From the NCBI GenBank assembly GCA_963777605.1, contig CAVZRV010000008.1, positions 128,001-192,000 of the forward strand: 64,000 nt of DNA, written 5' to 3'. Positions 37,546-48,625 of the stretch are shown piece by piece. Each line of letters starts with the position of its first letter. Position 1 is the stretch's first letter. The stretch comes from an uncultured Acidobacteriota bacterium (GTDB taxonomy: Bacteria; Acidobacteriota; UBA6911; RPQK01; JAPXNP01). A program made the position numbers and the translations under genes. The notes below the pieces were generated by a model that was not told where the DNA came from, ran no database searches, and was given only the letters and a program-made list of their open reading frames with translations.

Positions 37546-39678
37546 ATGAAGTGGTTCTACAACCTGAAGATTGCCAAGAAACTCTTGTTCGCCTTTACCG
37601 TCGTGGTTCTGGCCACCGGTGCAGTCGCCTACATCGGCTGGTCCGAGGTAACTGCCGGCTCGGAGAGATCTACCACCATGTACGTGGACCGGCTGTCGGC
37701 GATTCGCGACCTCGGATACGCCAATGCCGCGTTTCTGATTGCACGCGGGGAGACCTTCAATCTCGTCATGCGCGACGACTTGGCGGCAATGCAGGCTTCG
37801 GCAAAGGTCATCGAGGAAGAGAGCGCCAGGCTTGACTCCTACATGGAGTCATACGCCAAGACTTCTCTCGTTCCGGAAGAAGAGGCCTTGCTCGCCAAGT
37901 TCCAGGACGCGTGGAAGAATTACGTGCCGAAACGCGCCCAGGCGGTGGCACTGGCCCTGAAGCATCAAAACGAGGAAGCCCTCTCGATCCTTGATGGGGA
38001 GGCCAGGTCACTCCAGCAGACCGCCCGCGAGAGTCTAAGGGCACTGATTGACCTCAACGCCAAGATCGCCGAGCAGTTGGACACTGAGGGCGACGCTGCC
38101 GCCGCCCAGGCGAACTCCCTGCTCCTGATCATTTCTTTCCTGGCCCTTGGTGCCGCGGTTGGACTTGGGGTCCTGCTGACCCAGGCGATTGCCAAGCCGC
38201 TTCAGCACGTCGTCGAAATGATCCAGGAACTGGGCAATGGACACCTCGGACGTCGCCTCAACCTGAGCCGCAAGGACGAAATCGGAGTCATGAGCGACGC
38301 CATGGACAGCTTCTCTGACGATCTCCAGACTCACGTCGTCGGAGCCATGCAGCGCATCGCTGAAGGGGATCTCACGGTTTCCGTGCCAGCCAAGGACTCG
38401 GCAGACGAAATTTCGCCGGCCATCAACAAGACCGTGGCGTCCCTTCAGGGGCTGGTCGACGAAGCGGGACGCCTGAACCAGGCGTCGATCGATGGGCAGC
38501 TCTCCACCCGAGGCAAGGCCGACGCCTTCAAGGGCGGATACCGGGCCATTGTCGAAGGCATCAACCTGATGCTGGACTCGATTATGAATCCCATCAACGA
38601 AGCGGCCCAGATCCTCGACCAGGTGGCGGACCGGGATCTCTCGGTTCGAGTGCAGGGACAGTACTCGGGAGACCACGCCAAGATCAAGTCCGCGCTCAAC
38701 AAGGCCATCGAGAATCTGCATTCCGGCATGCTCAGTGTTTCCAACGGGGCGACCCAGGTGTCCTCGGCCGCCGAGCAGATCGGGACGGGAAGCCAGTCAC
38801 TGGCCCAGGGGGCGTCTGAACAGGCCAGTACGTTGGAAGAAGTCGCCGCCAGCCTGCAGGAAGTGGCCGGCATGGCCGATGCCAACTCGGCGAGCGCCCG
38901 CGAAGCCCAGTCCTTCGTACAGGAAGCCCGTACCAGTTCGGCCGACGGCGTGAAGAACATGGGTCTGCTCAGCCAGTCCATGGAAAAGATCAAGACCTCT
39001 TCGGACCAGACCGCGAAGATCGTGAAAACGATCGACGAGATCGCCTTCCAGACCAACCTCCTGGCACTGAACGCCGCCGTCGAAGCGGCCCGGGCCGGGG
39101 AAGCCGGGAAGGGCTTTGCGGTGGTGGCCGAGGAAGTCCGAAACCTCGCCATTCGAAGCGCGGAAGCGGCCAAGAACACGTCTGCGCTGATCGAAGAGGC
39201 CGTTCGCAACGCCGAAGACGGTTTCCAGCGCAACACGCAGGTGCTGGCGCAGTTGGAGGAAATCGCCCGCAAGATCGAATCGGTTGAAGCGGCAATGAAC
39301 GAGGTCACGGTTGCATCCGAACAGCAGAGCAGCGGAATCAAGGAAGTCAACACCGCCATCGAACAGATGAATCAGATCACCCAACAGTCCGCCGCCAACG
39401 CCGAAGAATCGGCCAGCGCAGCCGAAGAACTCTCCAGCCAGGCCCAGCAGATGCAGGAACTGGTCGGCAGCTTCCGGCTCGACCGCGCCAACGGCAGCGC
39501 ATCCCCCCACGAATACGTGAAATCCGCTGCCAGGGCCAAACCCGCTGCCCCGGCAGGCCGTCCGTTCGAGGCGCGCCACCAGCAGGCTCGTCCCAACGGC
39601 AAGAGCAAGCACGGCACCAAGCCGCCTGAATTCAACCTCCCGTCGCTTCCAGATGATTCGTCCCTCGCGGACTTCTAG
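37546..39678 (+). CDS. Methyl-accepting chemotaxis protein (four-helix sensor, multiple HAMPs)
   Basis: [40 protein letters not shown]; two transmembrane helices; C-terminal tether ending LADF. Confidence 0.95.
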   Translation: MKWFYNLKIAKKLLFAFTVVVLATGAVAYIGWSEVTAGSERSTTMYVDRLSAIRDLGYANAAFLIARGETFNLVMRDDLAAMQASAKVIEEESARLDSYMESYAKTSLVPEEEALLAKFQDAWKNYVPKRAQAVALALKHQNEEALSILDGEARSLQQTARESLRALIDLNAKIAEQLDTEGDAAAAQANSLLLIISFLALGAAVGLGVLLTQAIAKPLQHVVEMIQELGNGHLGRRLNLSRKDEIGVMSDAMDSFSDDLQTHVVGAMQRIAEGDLTVSVPAKDSADEISPAINKTVASLQGLVDEAGRLNQASIDGQLSTRGKADAFKGGYRAIVEGINLMLDSIMNPINEAAQILDQVADRDLSVRVQGQYSGDHAKIKSALNKAIENLHSGMLSVSNGATQVSSAAEQIGTGSQSLAQGASEQASTLEEVAASLQEVAGMADANSASAREAQSFVQEARTSSADGVKNMGLLSQSMEKIKTSSDQTAKIVKTIDEIAFQTNLLALNAAVEAARAGEAGKGFAVVAEEVRNLAIRSAEAAKNTSALIEEAVRNAEDGFQRNTQVLAQLEEIARKIESVEAAMNEVTVASEQQSSGIKEVNTAIEQMNQITQQSAANAEESASAAEELSSQAQQMQELVGSFRLDRANGSASPHEYVKSAARAKPAAPAGRPFEARHQQARPNGKSKHGTKPPEFNLPSLPDDSSLADF

Positions 39679-39692
39679 TCTCCCCAATCCAG

Positions 39693-39730
39693 AGAGGGAG
39701 GGCCGGAACGGCCCTCCCTCTTTCCTTTTC
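39693..39730 (+). terminator. Rho-independent terminator after the MCP gene
   Basis: AGAGGGAGGGCCG-GAA-CGGCCCTCCCTCT followed by TTTCCTTTT. Confidence 0.85.
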
Positions 39731-39798
39731 TGCTCCCCCGGTTACCCGCCACGCGTTCTGTGCTACGATGTCCTTCGTTTTCAGATCTAACCCACGCC

Positions 39799-40290
39799 AT
39801 GGGAAGATTCAGTTTCACTTCTCGACTTGATGAAGAGCATCGTGACGACCTTGAGTCGTTGCTCTACTTCAACCCTGAGCAGATAGAGGTAGTCGATCAG
39901 ATTGAGAAGACGATCGGCGAATGGGGAACCCCTGAGATCATAACCGAGGCGGGCCACCTCAAAATCAGTATGAGCTCAGGCCCTCAAATCCAGGCGCTGT
40001 ACGCGATTGACGGCGCCGATGCGCGACCGAAACTGGCCGGCCTGGTGATTTTCACCCGGAAAGATACAGAGAACCTCGAACTCCTCCACATGGCCGTCTC
40101 TGTCGGCTATTCAGCTAAAGGTGCGCATGGGGACGAAAACCTCGCTCTGAGCATGCTCTGCAGAGTTAGGGACGTAGCCCGCAGACTTCGGGGCGTTCGC
40201 CATATCATCCTTCACTATCGGGGAGGCCTGGCGATTCCTGTTCAACTCAACCGCGACGGGCTCCGGGTCCGGTTTGAAGAAGTTCCCTGA
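39799..40290 (+). CDS. Hypothetical protein, possibly GNAT-like fold
   Basis: Clean ORF; LAGLVIF...LELLHMAV...Y...G pattern resembles GNAT strands. Confidence 0.55.
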   Translation: MGRFSFTSRLDEEHRDDLESLLYFNPEQIEVVDQIEKTIGEWGTPEIITEAGHLKISMSSGPQIQALYAIDGADARPKLAGLVIFTRKDTENLELLHMAVSVGYSAKGAHGDENLALSMLCRVRDVARRLRGVRHIILHYRGGLAIPVQLNRDGLRVRFEEVP

Positions 40291-40521
40291 TTTTGTCTCC
40301 CGATCTGGATTCTCTGTTGTTCCCTTCTCCACCTGGGAGCCTCGCCTCCGGGCCCGCTCCAAGTTCTGCCTTCGATGGCACTCACCAAGTGCAAAAATGT
40401 CTCTCCCTGCAAACACGCCCCGGGAACAAAAGGGCGGCGGCGCTCGGGAAGATTTCTCCGAGTGATGCGCAAGTCTAACCTTATCAACCAATAACAATCG
40501 AGAACTCAATATAGTCGTGAT

Positions 40522-40538
40522 TTGGAACGCCCCGTGCA
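40522..40538 (+). promoter_or_regulatory. Putative sigma54 promoter of ftsH
   Basis: TTGGAACGCCCCGTGCA (GG-N10-GC), with an AT-rich TTATCAACC segment upstream. Confidence 0.5.
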
Positions 40539-40610
40539 ACGGTAGGAAAGTGGCTGCGGTCGGTGGAAGCCAACCGCTTCACAAATAGATAGAGCAGGAG
40601 CAGGGTACTC

Positions 40611-42650
40611 ATGAGTCACGTAAACAAACAGGACAACCCAAGCCCCGGGCCCGAGCTGGAGGTGCATAAGGATCCCAAGGCACCCCAGCGCGGGAACGGA
40701 CAACCCAACGGGCCCTATTCGCGTTACCCGTATGCGGGAATCCTTTACCTTCTCGCAATCGCCCTGGTGATCTACTTCCTTCAGGGCAGTTTTGGGCAGA
40801 CAACATCGAAACAGGTCCCGTATAGCCAGTTTATTTCCGAGTTGGAAGCCGGTCATTTGAGCGAGGTGAAAGTCACCGGTCAAAGCCTGGTCGGCAAGGT
40901 AAAGGCCACTAAAGATAAATCTCAGGACGCCAAGAAGAAGTCGGCGGAAGTCACCGAGACCATCACCGCAACACGTATCCCCGGGGGAGACGATCAACAA
41001 CTGATCACGACTCTCGAGGCGAATCACGTCAAGTTCAGCGGTGAGATGGAGTCGAATCCAGTCTGGCTCGACATTCTCCTCTCCTGGTTGCTGCCCATTC
41101 TGTTGCTTTACTTCCTGTTCAGCTACGGCATGCGCAAGTTGAAGCAGAACGGAGGGGTCGGGCCACTGACAATCGGCAAGAACAAGGCCAAGATTCACGA
41201 TCGGTTGAGCCAGATCCAGATCACTTTTCAGGATGTGGCCGGCGTCGATGAGGCCAAGGATGAACTTGTCGAAGTAGTCGACTTTCTAGTGCATCCGCAG
41301 CGCTACCAGCGCCTCGGTGGACGGATCCCGAAAGGGGTTCTCCTCGTGGGTCCTCCGGGAACGGGCAAGACCCTGCTTGCCCAGGCTGTCGCGGGTGAAG
41401 CCAACGTCCCCTTCTTTTCTATCTCCGGCTCCGAGTTTGTGGAAATGTTCGTTGGAGTCGGAGCAGCTCGGGTGCGGGATCTTTTTGAGCAGGCCAAGCA
41501 AAAGGCCCCCTGCATCATTTTCATAGATGAATTGGACGCGGTCGGGAAGTCACGGGCGGCCGGCCGCGGGATCATGATGAGTAACGACGAGCGTGAGCAG
41601 ACCCTGAATCAGTTGCTGGTCGAGATGGATGGTTTCGATCCCTCGAAAGGGATCATCATCATGGCCGCGACCAATACTCCGGAAGTTCTTGATCCTGCCC
41701 TCTTGAGAGCCGGACGCTTCGACCGGCACGTCGTGCTCGATCGTCCCGACCTGGCAGGTCGAGAGGCGATTCTTCGGCTGCATGCCCGAGATATCGTCCT
41801 GGCCCCAGGATCGGACCTCAAGACCATTGCTGCCCGGACGCCCGGGATGGTTGGAGCGGATCTGGCCAATGTGATCAACGAATCCGCACTCCTTGCTGCC
41901 CGGCGTGGCGCCGGCGAAGTCGCCATGCAGGACCTGGAAGAGGCGATTGACCGGGTGATGCTGGGACTCGAGAAGCGTAGTCGTGTCATGAGTGAGGATG
42001 AAAAAGGCCGGGTTGCCTACCATGAAGCGGGCCACGCACTGATCGCCCTCTCGGTAAGGCATGCCGACCCCGTGCACAGGGTTTCCATTATTCCTCGTTC
42101 GATCGGCGCCCTCGGACACGTCCTGCAGCTACCCACACAGGAACGCTTTCTCCTCACCCGTCCCGAACTGGAAGACCGCCTTGCCGTCATGCTCGGCGGA
42201 CGGGCGGCGGAAGAGATTGCATTTGACGGGATAGTCTCGACCGGGGCCTCGGACGACCTGGAGAAAGCCTCCGAGACCGCCCGCCAGATGGTTACGCGAT
42301 TCGGAATGAGTGAACGGCTGGGACAGTTGACCTACGGGCGTCCCCAGTCGCAAGACTATCTCCACTCCGGATTCAATGTGGAGGAGCGAAATTACAGTGA
42401 GGCGACCGCCGAGATTATCGACGACGAGGTCAGGCGAATCATTGAGGAGACTTACGATCGGGTCAAGAGCGTCCTGCGGTTTCGGCACGATGCGCTCGAG
42501 CACATCGCCCAGGCTTTAATTGAGACGGAAACATTGAACCACGACCAGCTCGAGAGCCTGCTGGAGGTCTCCAAGGGCTCCCGGCCCGCATCGGAAGATT
42601 CCGCCGGTCAGGAGGAGTGGTCCCATCAACTTCATCCGGTGACCACTTGA
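40611..42650 (+). CDS. ftsH: ATP-dependent zinc metalloprotease FtsH
   Basis: Two transmembrane helices, [30 protein letters not shown]. Confidence 0.97.
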   Translation: MSHVNKQDNPSPGPELEVHKDPKAPQRGNGQPNGPYSRYPYAGILYLLAIALVIYFLQGSFGQTTSKQVPYSQFISELEAGHLSEVKVTGQSLVGKVKATKDKSQDAKKKSAEVTETITATRIPGGDDQQLITTLEANHVKFSGEMESNPVWLDILLSWLLPILLLYFLFSYGMRKLKQNGGVGPLTIGKNKAKIHDRLSQIQITFQDVAGVDEAKDELVEVVDFLVHPQRYQRLGGRIPKGVLLVGPPGTGKTLLAQAVAGEANVPFFSISGSEFVEMFVGVGAARVRDLFEQAKQKAPCIIFIDELDAVGKSRAAGRGIMMSNDEREQTLNQLLVEMDGFDPSKGIIIMAATNTPEVLDPALLRAGRFDRHVVLDRPDLAGREAILRLHARDIVLAPGSDLKTIAARTPGMVGADLANVINESALLAARRGAGEVAMQDLEEAIDRVMLGLEKRSRVMSEDEKGRVAYHEAGHALIALSVRHADPVHRVSIIPRSIGALGHVLQLPTQERFLLTRPELEDRLAVMLGGRAAEEIAFDGIVSTGASDDLEKASETARQMVTRFGMSERLGQLTYGRPQSQDYLHSGFNVEERNYSEATAEIIDDEVRRIIEETYDRVKSVLRFRHDALEHIAQALIETETLNHDQLESLLEVSKGSRPASEDSAGQEEWSHQLHPVTT

Positions 42651-42810
42651 TGATCGCGACTGGCTCGCAGCGCACTGAGCAGAGTCCAGACTCGACTCAG
42701 GTGAGACAGCTTTGCAGCCCGCTGCAAGAGTGCCTCGAAACAGTGTCGCAGGCGCTGCCCGGGTTTTCAAATAAAGGACTTAAATACAACGATTTGCGAG
42801 ATGCTAAGTT

Positions 42811-42827
42811 TTGGAATGGCTCTTGCG
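42811..42827 (+). promoter_or_regulatory. Putative sigma54 promoter
   Basis: TTGGAATGGCTCTTGCG (GG-N10-GC) ~40 nt before ATG 42866; IHF-like ATACAACGATTTG upstream. Confidence 0.6.
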
Positions 42828-42865
42828 ATACGAACAGAGCAAACACACATAAGGAGAAATTACCA

Positions 42866-43282
42866 ATGAGAAATCTTGTCAAAAGTAATCGTCTTTTGCC
42901 CCTCTTGTTCGCTGTTACAGTCACCCTGTTTGCCGGCTATGCGCTGGCAGGCCCCGCCCCCACCAACAAGGCTGCCAGCGGTCCGGAACTTAAGGTCGTG
43001 GAACTGGGTGGCCATTATCAGCAAAACACCGGCGAACTCCAGTTCATGAATGACAAGCTGATTTTCACCTCGTCTCAGGGGAAGGCCGACTCCATGAGCC
43101 TGAACTACGGCAACCTGAAAAAGGTCGAATTTAAGCACGCGCGGCTGTTGAAAATCGAAACTGAAAATGGGCAGCACGAAGAGTTCACCCCCGTTGGGGC
43201 GGCGAAGTTCGACTCCAGCACGGTTGCCTATCTGAAGAACCACATGGGTTCTTCAGTCGACTTCAAGTCCCATATCAAGTAG
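42866..43282 (+). CDS. Small secreted beta-rich hypothetical protein (possibly PH-like)
   Basis: AAGGAG RBS; signal peptide ending ALA; GELQFMNDKLIF...LKKVEF. Confidence 0.75.
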   Translation: MRNLVKSNRLLPLLFAVTVTLFAGYALAGPAPTNKAASGPELKVVELGGHYQQNTGELQFMNDKLIFTSSQGKADSMSLNYGNLKKVEFKHARLLKIETENGQHEEFTPVGAAKFDSSTVAYLKNHMGSSVDFKSHIK

Positions 43283-43312
43283 ACGCCTCGCTCCTCCCAC
43301 TCCTCCTCCGAG

Positions 43313-43352
43313 CCGGGTTGAGATTGCACCGAACTCTCAACCCGGTCTTCCT
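43313..43352 (+). terminator. Terminator-like hairpin
   Basis: CCGGGTTGAGA...TCTCAACCCGG followed by a pyrimidine-rich tract. Confidence 0.55.
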
Positions 43353-43486
43353 GTTTCCCTGCCGTCTGGAAAGCATCTCCCAAGGGATGTAGACTTCCTG
43401 CCTGTGCAGCGTGAGACCCGGTCCACAGGGGGGCCATCTGGCTTCGCACGCGGGGTCTCTTGCGCACTGGCAAGAGGCATGATCGG

Positions 43487-44374
43487 ATGAGTGGACAAAG
43501 CATTGGCTTGAGCGGTAAACGGGAGAAGAGCCGGGTTGCGCTCGCATCGGTAATCGCCGCTGTCTTCCTGACCGGTTCCAAGTTGCTGATCGGCTTCACG
43601 ACGGGCAGTCTCGGCATTCTCTCCGAGGCACTTCATTCCGGACTTGACCTGGTGGCTGCCCTGATCACCTACATTTCAGTCCGGATCTCTGATCGACCGC
43701 CCGACAGGGACCACCACTACGGACACGGCAAAATTGAAAATCTCTCAGCCTTCGTCGAAACCATTCTGCTTCTTCTGACCTGTTTCTGGATTATTTACGA
43801 GGCCGTTCACCGACTCGCGACCGGACGGACGGAAATCGATCTCAGTATCTGGGCATACGTGGTCGTTCTGACCTCGATCATAGTGGACCTGTCCCGTTCG
43901 AGGGCCCTGAAACGGGTAGCCAGAAAGTACAATAGCCAGGCCCTCGAAGCCGATGCCCTCCACTTCTCCACCGACATCTGGAGTTCCGCGGTCGTTCTGT
44001 TCGGTCTGATTTGTGCAAATCTCGGCTATTTCTTTGCCGACTCCGTCGCGGCGCTTGTGGTAGCCGGAATCGTGATTTATGTTTCCTATAAACTGGGCAA
44101 GAGATCGGTTGATGTGTTGCTCGATCGGGTCCCGGAAAGTACTTTGTCCAAGATCGTCGGCGCGATGAAGCGGATTGAGGAAATCTCGAACTTTCACGAT
44201 ATCCGGATCCGGACAGCGGGAGCCGACACCTTTGTCGAAGTCAACATTCACGTCGATCCGAAACTCAGCATTGAAGAAGCCCACGAGATATCCCATCGAG
44301 CGGAAGAGCAGATCAGGAAGACCGTCAAGCGGTGTGAGATCCACGTGCACACGGAACCGGAGGACAGGCACTAG
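43487..44374 (+). CDS. Cation diffusion facilitator family transporter
   Basis: SEALHSGLD, HHYGHGKIE, ALEADALHFSTD, EEAHEI, HVHTEP. Confidence 0.93.
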   Translation: MSGQSIGLSGKREKSRVALASVIAAVFLTGSKLLIGFTTGSLGILSEALHSGLDLVAALITYISVRISDRPPDRDHHYGHGKIENLSAFVETILLLLTCFWIIYEAVHRLATGRTEIDLSIWAYVVVLTSIIVDLSRSRALKRVARKYNSQALEADALHFSTDIWSSAVVLFGLICANLGYFFADSVAALVVAGIVIYVSYKLGKRSVDVLLDRVPESTLSKIVGAMKRIEEISNFHDIRIRTAGADTFVEVNIHVDPKLSIEEAHEISHRAEEQIRKTVKRCEIHVHTEPEDRH

Positions 44375-44466
44375 CCGAGTGCAGGCGAGGGCCGAACGAG
44401 GCGTCGAACCCTCAGATTGATTCAAGGGTGCCAGTCTGACTGACCACGATAGGTGGGGAGGAAATC

Positions 44467-46209
44467 ATGAAATTATCCTGGTTGAGCCTGTTTCTGGTAG
44501 TTGTTGTCCTTGGCACCGGTTGTCGGAGCAAGCAACCGGCCGCGGACGTGGTGCTTTACGGGGGGCAGGTCGTCACCGTCGACAGGAATTTCTCGATCGC
44601 CGATGCGGTTGCGATCCAGGGAAATTCGATCCTTGCGACTGGATCGAATGACGAGATCCGCTTGCTGGCAGGCGAAAACACGCAAGAGATCGATCTCGGC
44701 GGCAAGACGGTTCTCCCGGGATTGATCGACTCTCACCTGCACGCGTTTGCTTCGGCTCTTTATGAATTCGACCATACCGTTCCCGACATGGAGACAATCG
44801 GCGACGTGCTGGACTACGTGCGGGCCCGGGCCGATGTCCTCGATGACGGCGATTGGATACTGGTTTCGCAGGTCTTCATCACGCGGCTCAAAGAACAGCG
44901 CTACCCCACCCGGCAGGAGCTCGACGGTGCCGCGCCGCGAAATCCGGTAGTGTTCCGGACCGGTCCTGACGCTTCGCTGAATTCGCTGGCTCTCAAGCTG
45001 AGCGGAATCGACAAGAACTTCAGAATAACTGACGGGCAGCCAGGACGTGTCGAGCGAGATCCCGTCACAGGTCAGCCAACCGGCATTCTTCGCCAGTGTT
45101 CCCGGTTCATCAAGTACGTCCCCAGCGCGAAATCGCCTGCAGACGCGGACCGGAGGTCAAGGCTCAAAGAATTGTTCCGGGATTACAACTCGGTGGGAAT
45201 TACCTCGGTTGTCGACGGCGACACGAGCGACCAGGAACTCGAGCTTTTCCGCCAACTTCGAACCGAGCAGGGACTGAGTTGTAGGGTATTCATGGCTCTC
45301 TCGGTAAATGCCCAGGACGACATGGAAGCGATTACCGAGCGGATTCAGAAAGCCGCACTCGATCCCCTCCACCAGTACGACGACATGCTCTGGTTGAGGG
45401 GGATCAAGAGCTACCTGGACGGCGGGATGCTGACCGGGAGTGCCTTTATGAATAAGCCCTGGGGCGTCAGCAAGATCTATTCGATTGCCGATCCCGAGTA
45501 TCGCGGGATGCGCTACATCGAACCGGACAAGCTCTATCAGATCATGAAAGCCGCTCTTGCCAACGGGTTCCAGTTCACTGCACATTCGGTGGGGGATGGA
45601 GCTGTCGACGCCTTCATCGACGCGGCGGAGAGGATCGATCGGGAAGACTTCCCGGTCTCCGACCGCAGGCCATGTCTGACTCATGCCAATTTTCAGAGTC
45701 CCGAGGCGATCAGCCGGATGAAGGGGGTCGGTGTTGTCGCCAACATGCAGCCGGCCTGGCTTCGGATGGATGGGGCGACCTTGATGAAGCACTTCGGTCC
45801 CGACCGCACGGCCTACTTCCAGCCTTACAAAGCTCTCTTTGAAGCGGGTGTGACGGTTGGAGGCGGCTCAGATCACATGCAGAAAGTCGGGAGTTTCCGG
45901 TCGATCAATCCTTACAACCCGTTTCTGGGCATGTGGACGACGATAACCCGCCAACCCCGTTGGACCGAAGAGTCGTTCCATCCCGAACAGGACATCACCC
46001 GGGAACAGGCGATCCGGTTGTACACCATCAACAACGCCTACCTGACCTTCGAGGAAGACCGCAAGGGTTCGCTGGAACCGGGCAAACTCGCCGACCTCAT
46101 CGTACTTGACCGGGACATTCTCCGTTGCCCGGTGAGCGAGATCCCGGAAATTCAGGTCGAAGAGACATTTCTCGGCGGCAAGAGCATCTACCGAAAAGGG
46201 GATCGGTAG
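44467..46209 (+). CDS. Amidohydrolase_3 (YtcJ-like) lipoprotein
   Basis: Lipobox LGTGC; PGLIDSHLH, IKSYLDG, AHSVGD, GGSD, GSLEPGKLADLIVLD. Confidence 0.9.
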   Translation: MKLSWLSLFLVVVVLGTGCRSKQPAADVVLYGGQVVTVDRNFSIADAVAIQGNSILATGSNDEIRLLAGENTQEIDLGGKTVLPGLIDSHLHAFASALYEFDHTVPDMETIGDVLDYVRARADVLDDGDWILVSQVFITRLKEQRYPTRQELDGAAPRNPVVFRTGPDASLNSLALKLSGIDKNFRITDGQPGRVERDPVTGQPTGILRQCSRFIKYVPSAKSPADADRRSRLKELFRDYNSVGITSVVDGDTSDQELELFRQLRTEQGLSCRVFMALSVNAQDDMEAITERIQKAALDPLHQYDDMLWLRGIKSYLDGGMLTGSAFMNKPWGVSKIYSIADPEYRGMRYIEPDKLYQIMKAALANGFQFTAHSVGDGAVDAFIDAAERIDREDFPVSDRRPCLTHANFQSPEAISRMKGVGVVANMQPAWLRMDGATLMKHFGPDRTAYFQPYKALFEAGVTVGGGSDHMQKVGSFRSINPYNPFLGMWTTITRQPRWTEESFHPEQDITREQAIRLYTINNAYLTFEEDRKGSLEPGKLADLIVLDRDILRCPVSEIPEIQVEETFLGGKSIYRKGDR

Positions 46210-46317
46210 TCAGCAACGAAACTCCGCGGGCGTGACTCAATCGATTGGAGAAACCGAGCCCAAAGGGACTTTCCAAACACCCAAATCTCGTCCATCCAGC
46301 TCTTCCAGAAACGAGGC

Positions 46318-46653
46318 TCAGGACGCGTCGGCGAGGTCGTGGGCTTCGGACTCGATGTGGTCCTGGAAGAAGGGCAGCAGGAGTCGGACCATCTGCTGGC
46401 GGTCTTCCAGGAATGTAATGCCAAAAGATCCGTCTGCCGCGTAAATGACCCTGCCATTCAGGCGCACCGCCCGCCCTTCGGGTTCCAGAATTGTCTTCAC
46501 GGGACAATCGACCGGAGGCGAGAGTTCGGACGTTTCAATGCAGGCTCCGTTGGAAGACAGGTTCACCACGGATCCCTTCAACTTCTGTGAACCGGCTTCA
46601 AATTCGCATGGGAGCTTGCAGTCCCAGCGATGAAAGTTCCTTCGATCATTCAC
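46318..46653 (-). CDS. Stand-alone PilZ-domain protein
   Basis: RRNFHR (RxxxR), NLSSNG, GRVIY...FGITF; GGAGG RBS. Confidence 0.85.
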   Translation of the reverse strand: MNDRRNFHRWDCKLPCEFEAGSQKLKGSVVNLSSNGACIETSELSPPVDCPVKTILEPEGRAVRLNGRVIYAADGSFGITFLEDRQQMVRLLLPFFQDHIESEAHDLADAS

Positions 46654-46864
46654 GGCTACCTCCTGGCCGGGTACAGAATTGGTTCCAGGGCACCGGCCTT
46701 AGAGAATAATCATAGGACCGGAGCGACTCATAATCTGATGACTGAGATCACAAACTGGTTCCCGACTTGATTCTATAATTGGATTTCCCCTAAAGTCTTA
46801 TGGAGCCGGAATCCCGGCGGAGCAATATATAGGTCCGTCCGGCACCGCAGGAGGAGAGGTTTTT

Positions 46865-48613
46865 TTGGAATCAATGGGGACTCAGCCAAAAGATCGCAGA
46901 TTGCTCAGGCGCCTGGCCCTTTGGGCCGTTCCGGTTGTGCTGTTGGTTTCCGGACTCGCTTATCTCGCCACTCTGGATCGGCGACAAGCATTACTCGAGG
47001 CCCATCTTGCGTTGCGGGAAGGGGACTTCCAGAAGTGTGCTGATGGCTTTTCCGAACTTGCTGATTCCTATTGGGAAGGGGAAGAGGCGACGGCCGGAGC
47101 CGGAATCTGTCAGGCCCTCGAGAGCGGAACCGAAGTTCCATCGGAGTCCCATACATTCGAAACTTCCGCCCTGGACCACTTCGAAGTCCGGGCCACGCTG
47201 CACCGGGAACTTACGTCCGGTCATTACCAGGCCTGCTTGAACCTTGCGCGCCTGCTTGGCGCCCGGGGACTGAAAGAAGCCCCACTCTACGCTGCGACCG
47301 CGCTGCTGGAACTGGGCCATCGGGATGAAAGCCAGGCAACCTTCAGTTCCCTCCCAACCTTGCTCAGGCACAGTCCACTTGGCCGCCGCGTTGAAAGAGT
47401 TCTTTCGGTCCTTGCCAAGGACGCCCTTTCGGTTGTTCAAGACCGGCGAGGGACCCCCATCGGGTGGTTGACCAAAGACCGGACCTTTCGGTTTCTCGAC
47501 GGAATCGATCAGTCTGTGCTCCCGCTCGAGACACTCCACGCCGCCCTGGATGGGAATCCTGCGGCGAGTGTCCGACTGAGCATCGACCTGGACTTGAGTG
47601 CCATCGCTGAACGGGCCTTGCGGGGATACCGCGGAAGCATCGTTCTGCTGTCCCCACGAACCGGCGAAATCCTCGCGGCCGTCTCTGACCGCCGGACGCG
47701 GCGAAAGATGGACGACCCCGCCTTCCGGGAACTGCGGGAGCCCGCTTCGATCTCGAAACTGATCACAACGGTCGCAGCACTGCGATCGGGAATCAATCCC
47801 GATGCCGAGATCGCAAAGATGCGGTGCCGGGGAGCTGAAAGCTTCGAGGGAGACTACCTCTACTGCTCCAACCCGGCCGGGAGGCTTAAGGGCCTCAATC
47901 AAGCCATGGCCATCAGTTGCAACCTGGCATTCGCCAACCTCGGAGTCGAGACGGGCAGCAGCGCCATCCTGAGTGAACTCCACCGCTTCGGCTTCGGAGC
48001 GCCCGATCAACACGGCATGCGGTTTGGGAGGATCCTGGACGAGCGTTTGGGCGATCGTAAACTCGCCGATGTCTCGATCGGCCTGGAATATACGGAAACG
48101 ACACCACTGCACGCCGCCCTCATTGCCGCCACGTTCGCCAACGATGGGAAGATGCCGGAACCCACGCTTTTTTCGGCGCGCGACGGATTGCTCGGCCTTT
48201 CGACACAGCGCCCCTTCGAGACCCACAGTCATCAAGTGGTGGACCCGCGGTGGATTCCGATCCTAAGGGACTCCATGCAGGCGGTCGTTCGCTCGGGAGG
48301 AACCGCCCACGGCGTCGAATCCGATGGTTTTCCCGTGGCGATGAAGACCGGCACAGCGGCTACCCCGGGATTGGGTTACCACACCAACTACATCGGCTTC
48401 GGGCCGGTTGGCGACCCAACGGTCGCATTCTGCGTCAGAATTACCGGGATTCGGTCTTCCAGGGTGATCGGCCAGGTGTCGAGGAGTGTCACCCATCGCC
48501 TGCTTCGCTATCTGAGCCGGCACAAAGACTGGCTCGAACACGACCCCAAAGATATTCGCCTCCAGTGGACAACCTACTTTGAGGAGGTCGAAGACTTGGC
48601 GGATATCAGCTGA
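46865..48613 (+). CDS. Penicillin-binding protein (transpeptidase) with TPR-like N-terminal region
   Basis: N-terminal transmembrane helix; SISK (SxxK), SCN (SxN), KTGT. Confidence 0.85.
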   Translation: MESMGTQPKDRRLLRRLALWAVPVVLLVSGLAYLATLDRRQALLEAHLALREGDFQKCADGFSELADSYWEGEEATAGAGICQALESGTEVPSESHTFETSALDHFEVRATLHRELTSGHYQACLNLARLLGARGLKEAPLYAATALLELGHRDESQATFSSLPTLLRHSPLGRRVERVLSVLAKDALSVVQDRRGTPIGWLTKDRTFRFLDGIDQSVLPLETLHAALDGNPAASVRLSIDLDLSAIAERALRGYRGSIVLLSPRTGEILAAVSDRRTRRKMDDPAFRELREPASISKLITTVAALRSGINPDAEIAKMRCRGAESFEGDYLYCSNPAGRLKGLNQAMAISCNLAFANLGVETGSSAILSELHRFGFGAPDQHGMRFGRILDERLGDRKLADVSIGLEYTETTPLHAALIAATFANDGKMPEPTLFSARDGLLGLSTQRPFETHSHQVVDPRWIPILRDSMQAVVRSGGTAHGVESDGFPVAMKTGTAATPGLGYHTNYIGFGPVGDPTVAFCVRITGIRSSRVIGQVSRSVTHRLLRYLSRHKDWLEHDPKDIRLQWTTYFEEVEDLADIS

Positions 48614-48625
48614 CCGGCCTTTCGA

